Shown piece by piece: positions 8,967 through 9,691 of a stretch of DNA of 9,691 nt (positions are counted from its first letter, which is position 1; each line of letters opens with the position of its first letter). The notes under the pieces were generated by a model. That model saw only the letters and a list, made by a program, of their open reading frames with translations, was not told where the DNA came from and did no database searches. A program made the translations under genes and the position numbers. The stretch comes from Rotaria sordida (lineage: Eukaryota). The DNA is taken from the NCBI GenBank assembly GCA_905250005.1, contig CAJNOH010000455.1:49238-58928 (forward strand), written 5' to 3'.

Positions 8967-9691
8967 CAATTATAGAAATAGAGAAAACTTTTTTTTAAAA
9001 CAAATTACATCCGGTAAAAGAATTGACTAATCTTAAATTTCATCAAACTATTACGAATAATTGCTTATAATAATGTCTATATCGAACAAGATTAAATGAA
9101 CTAGCTTTCAACAATAAATGTCATTTAATAGTGATGTTAAAAAGCTGATTAATTATGTCTTCAAAAAAAAAGTGTAATATTTTTTTGTTATCTCTGGAAC
9201 TTTTATCCTTCACTATTTTACTGAAAATTTATATAACTTTTTTTTTTCAAATATATCAATGTAGAGTATTCTGTGGAAGTAATCGAGTCATACTACGATC
9301 AGAAGAAATGAATCCTGTGGTAGCTGTAGTGACATTTATCAGTGCAACTTGTTTTGAACTTATGCAGTTGGTACAGTGAATCATAAAAGCATAACATATT
9401 TCTTGACAGATTTTTCAATCGTGTGATGATCATAAGATTTGAAATGTGAGACTATAAAGAAAGCGAAACACATGTAAAACACTAGAAAAAATTCTCATTA
9501 TCACTGATCCTATCATTCAATGACTAAATTTTCTGATGTTTCTAAGAAAGCATAAGTATTCACTAATATTGTATTGAAAATTCATTTGGAATAACTGATG
9601 TTTTCTGAAAACATCTGTCTTCATTGAAAAACAAATGAAATCAATACTAATTTATTGCAATCAATCAAAGAATCATAATTGTTGTAAAAAA

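Noticed and set aside
9155-9379. 74-aa ORF MSSKKKCNIFLLSLELLSF...
   Set aside because: Driven by homopolymer A/T runs; hydrophobic composition is expected from poly-T, and no splice or family support.
1-9691. CRISPR array, prokaryotic defence operon, rRNA or tRNA genes
   Set aside because: No regularly spaced direct repeats, no operon-like coding density, and no recognisable tRNA B-box or rRNA core sequence seen on either strand; intron structure indicates a eukaryotic genome.

Overview
AT-rich eukaryotic window. The short (53-61 bp) GT-AG introns and family resemblances suggest a bdelloid rotifer (Adineta/Rotaria type); this is inferred, not verified. The main supportable content is as follows. 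(1) A five-exon gene on the + strand, join(3248..3354,3416..3552,3606..3637,3699..3773,5079..5495). All splice phases agree. It encodes a ~255 aa single-pass membrane protein with a basic N-terminus, a TM segment, a Ser/Thr-rich stalk and a Cys/N-glycosylation-rich extracellular domain. The supplied six-frame track shows only two disconnected pieces of it. (2) A decayed coding region at ~7529..8501 (+). One frame is interrupted by five point-type stop codons, then by a frameshift that a 7-bp tandem duplication explains exactly. It resembles a large bdelloid family of membrane proteins. (3) A ~600 bp near-palindrome (6622..7228) with a 13-nt loop, probably a foldback or MITE-like element. (4) A second, smaller inverted-repeat pair (5865..6081). 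(5) An over-representation of short TGTGGG-type (bdelloid telomere-like) motifs on both strands. I found no prokaryotic-style defence system, CRISPR array, rRNA or tRNA. Most ORFs in the supplied track look like chance ORFs.
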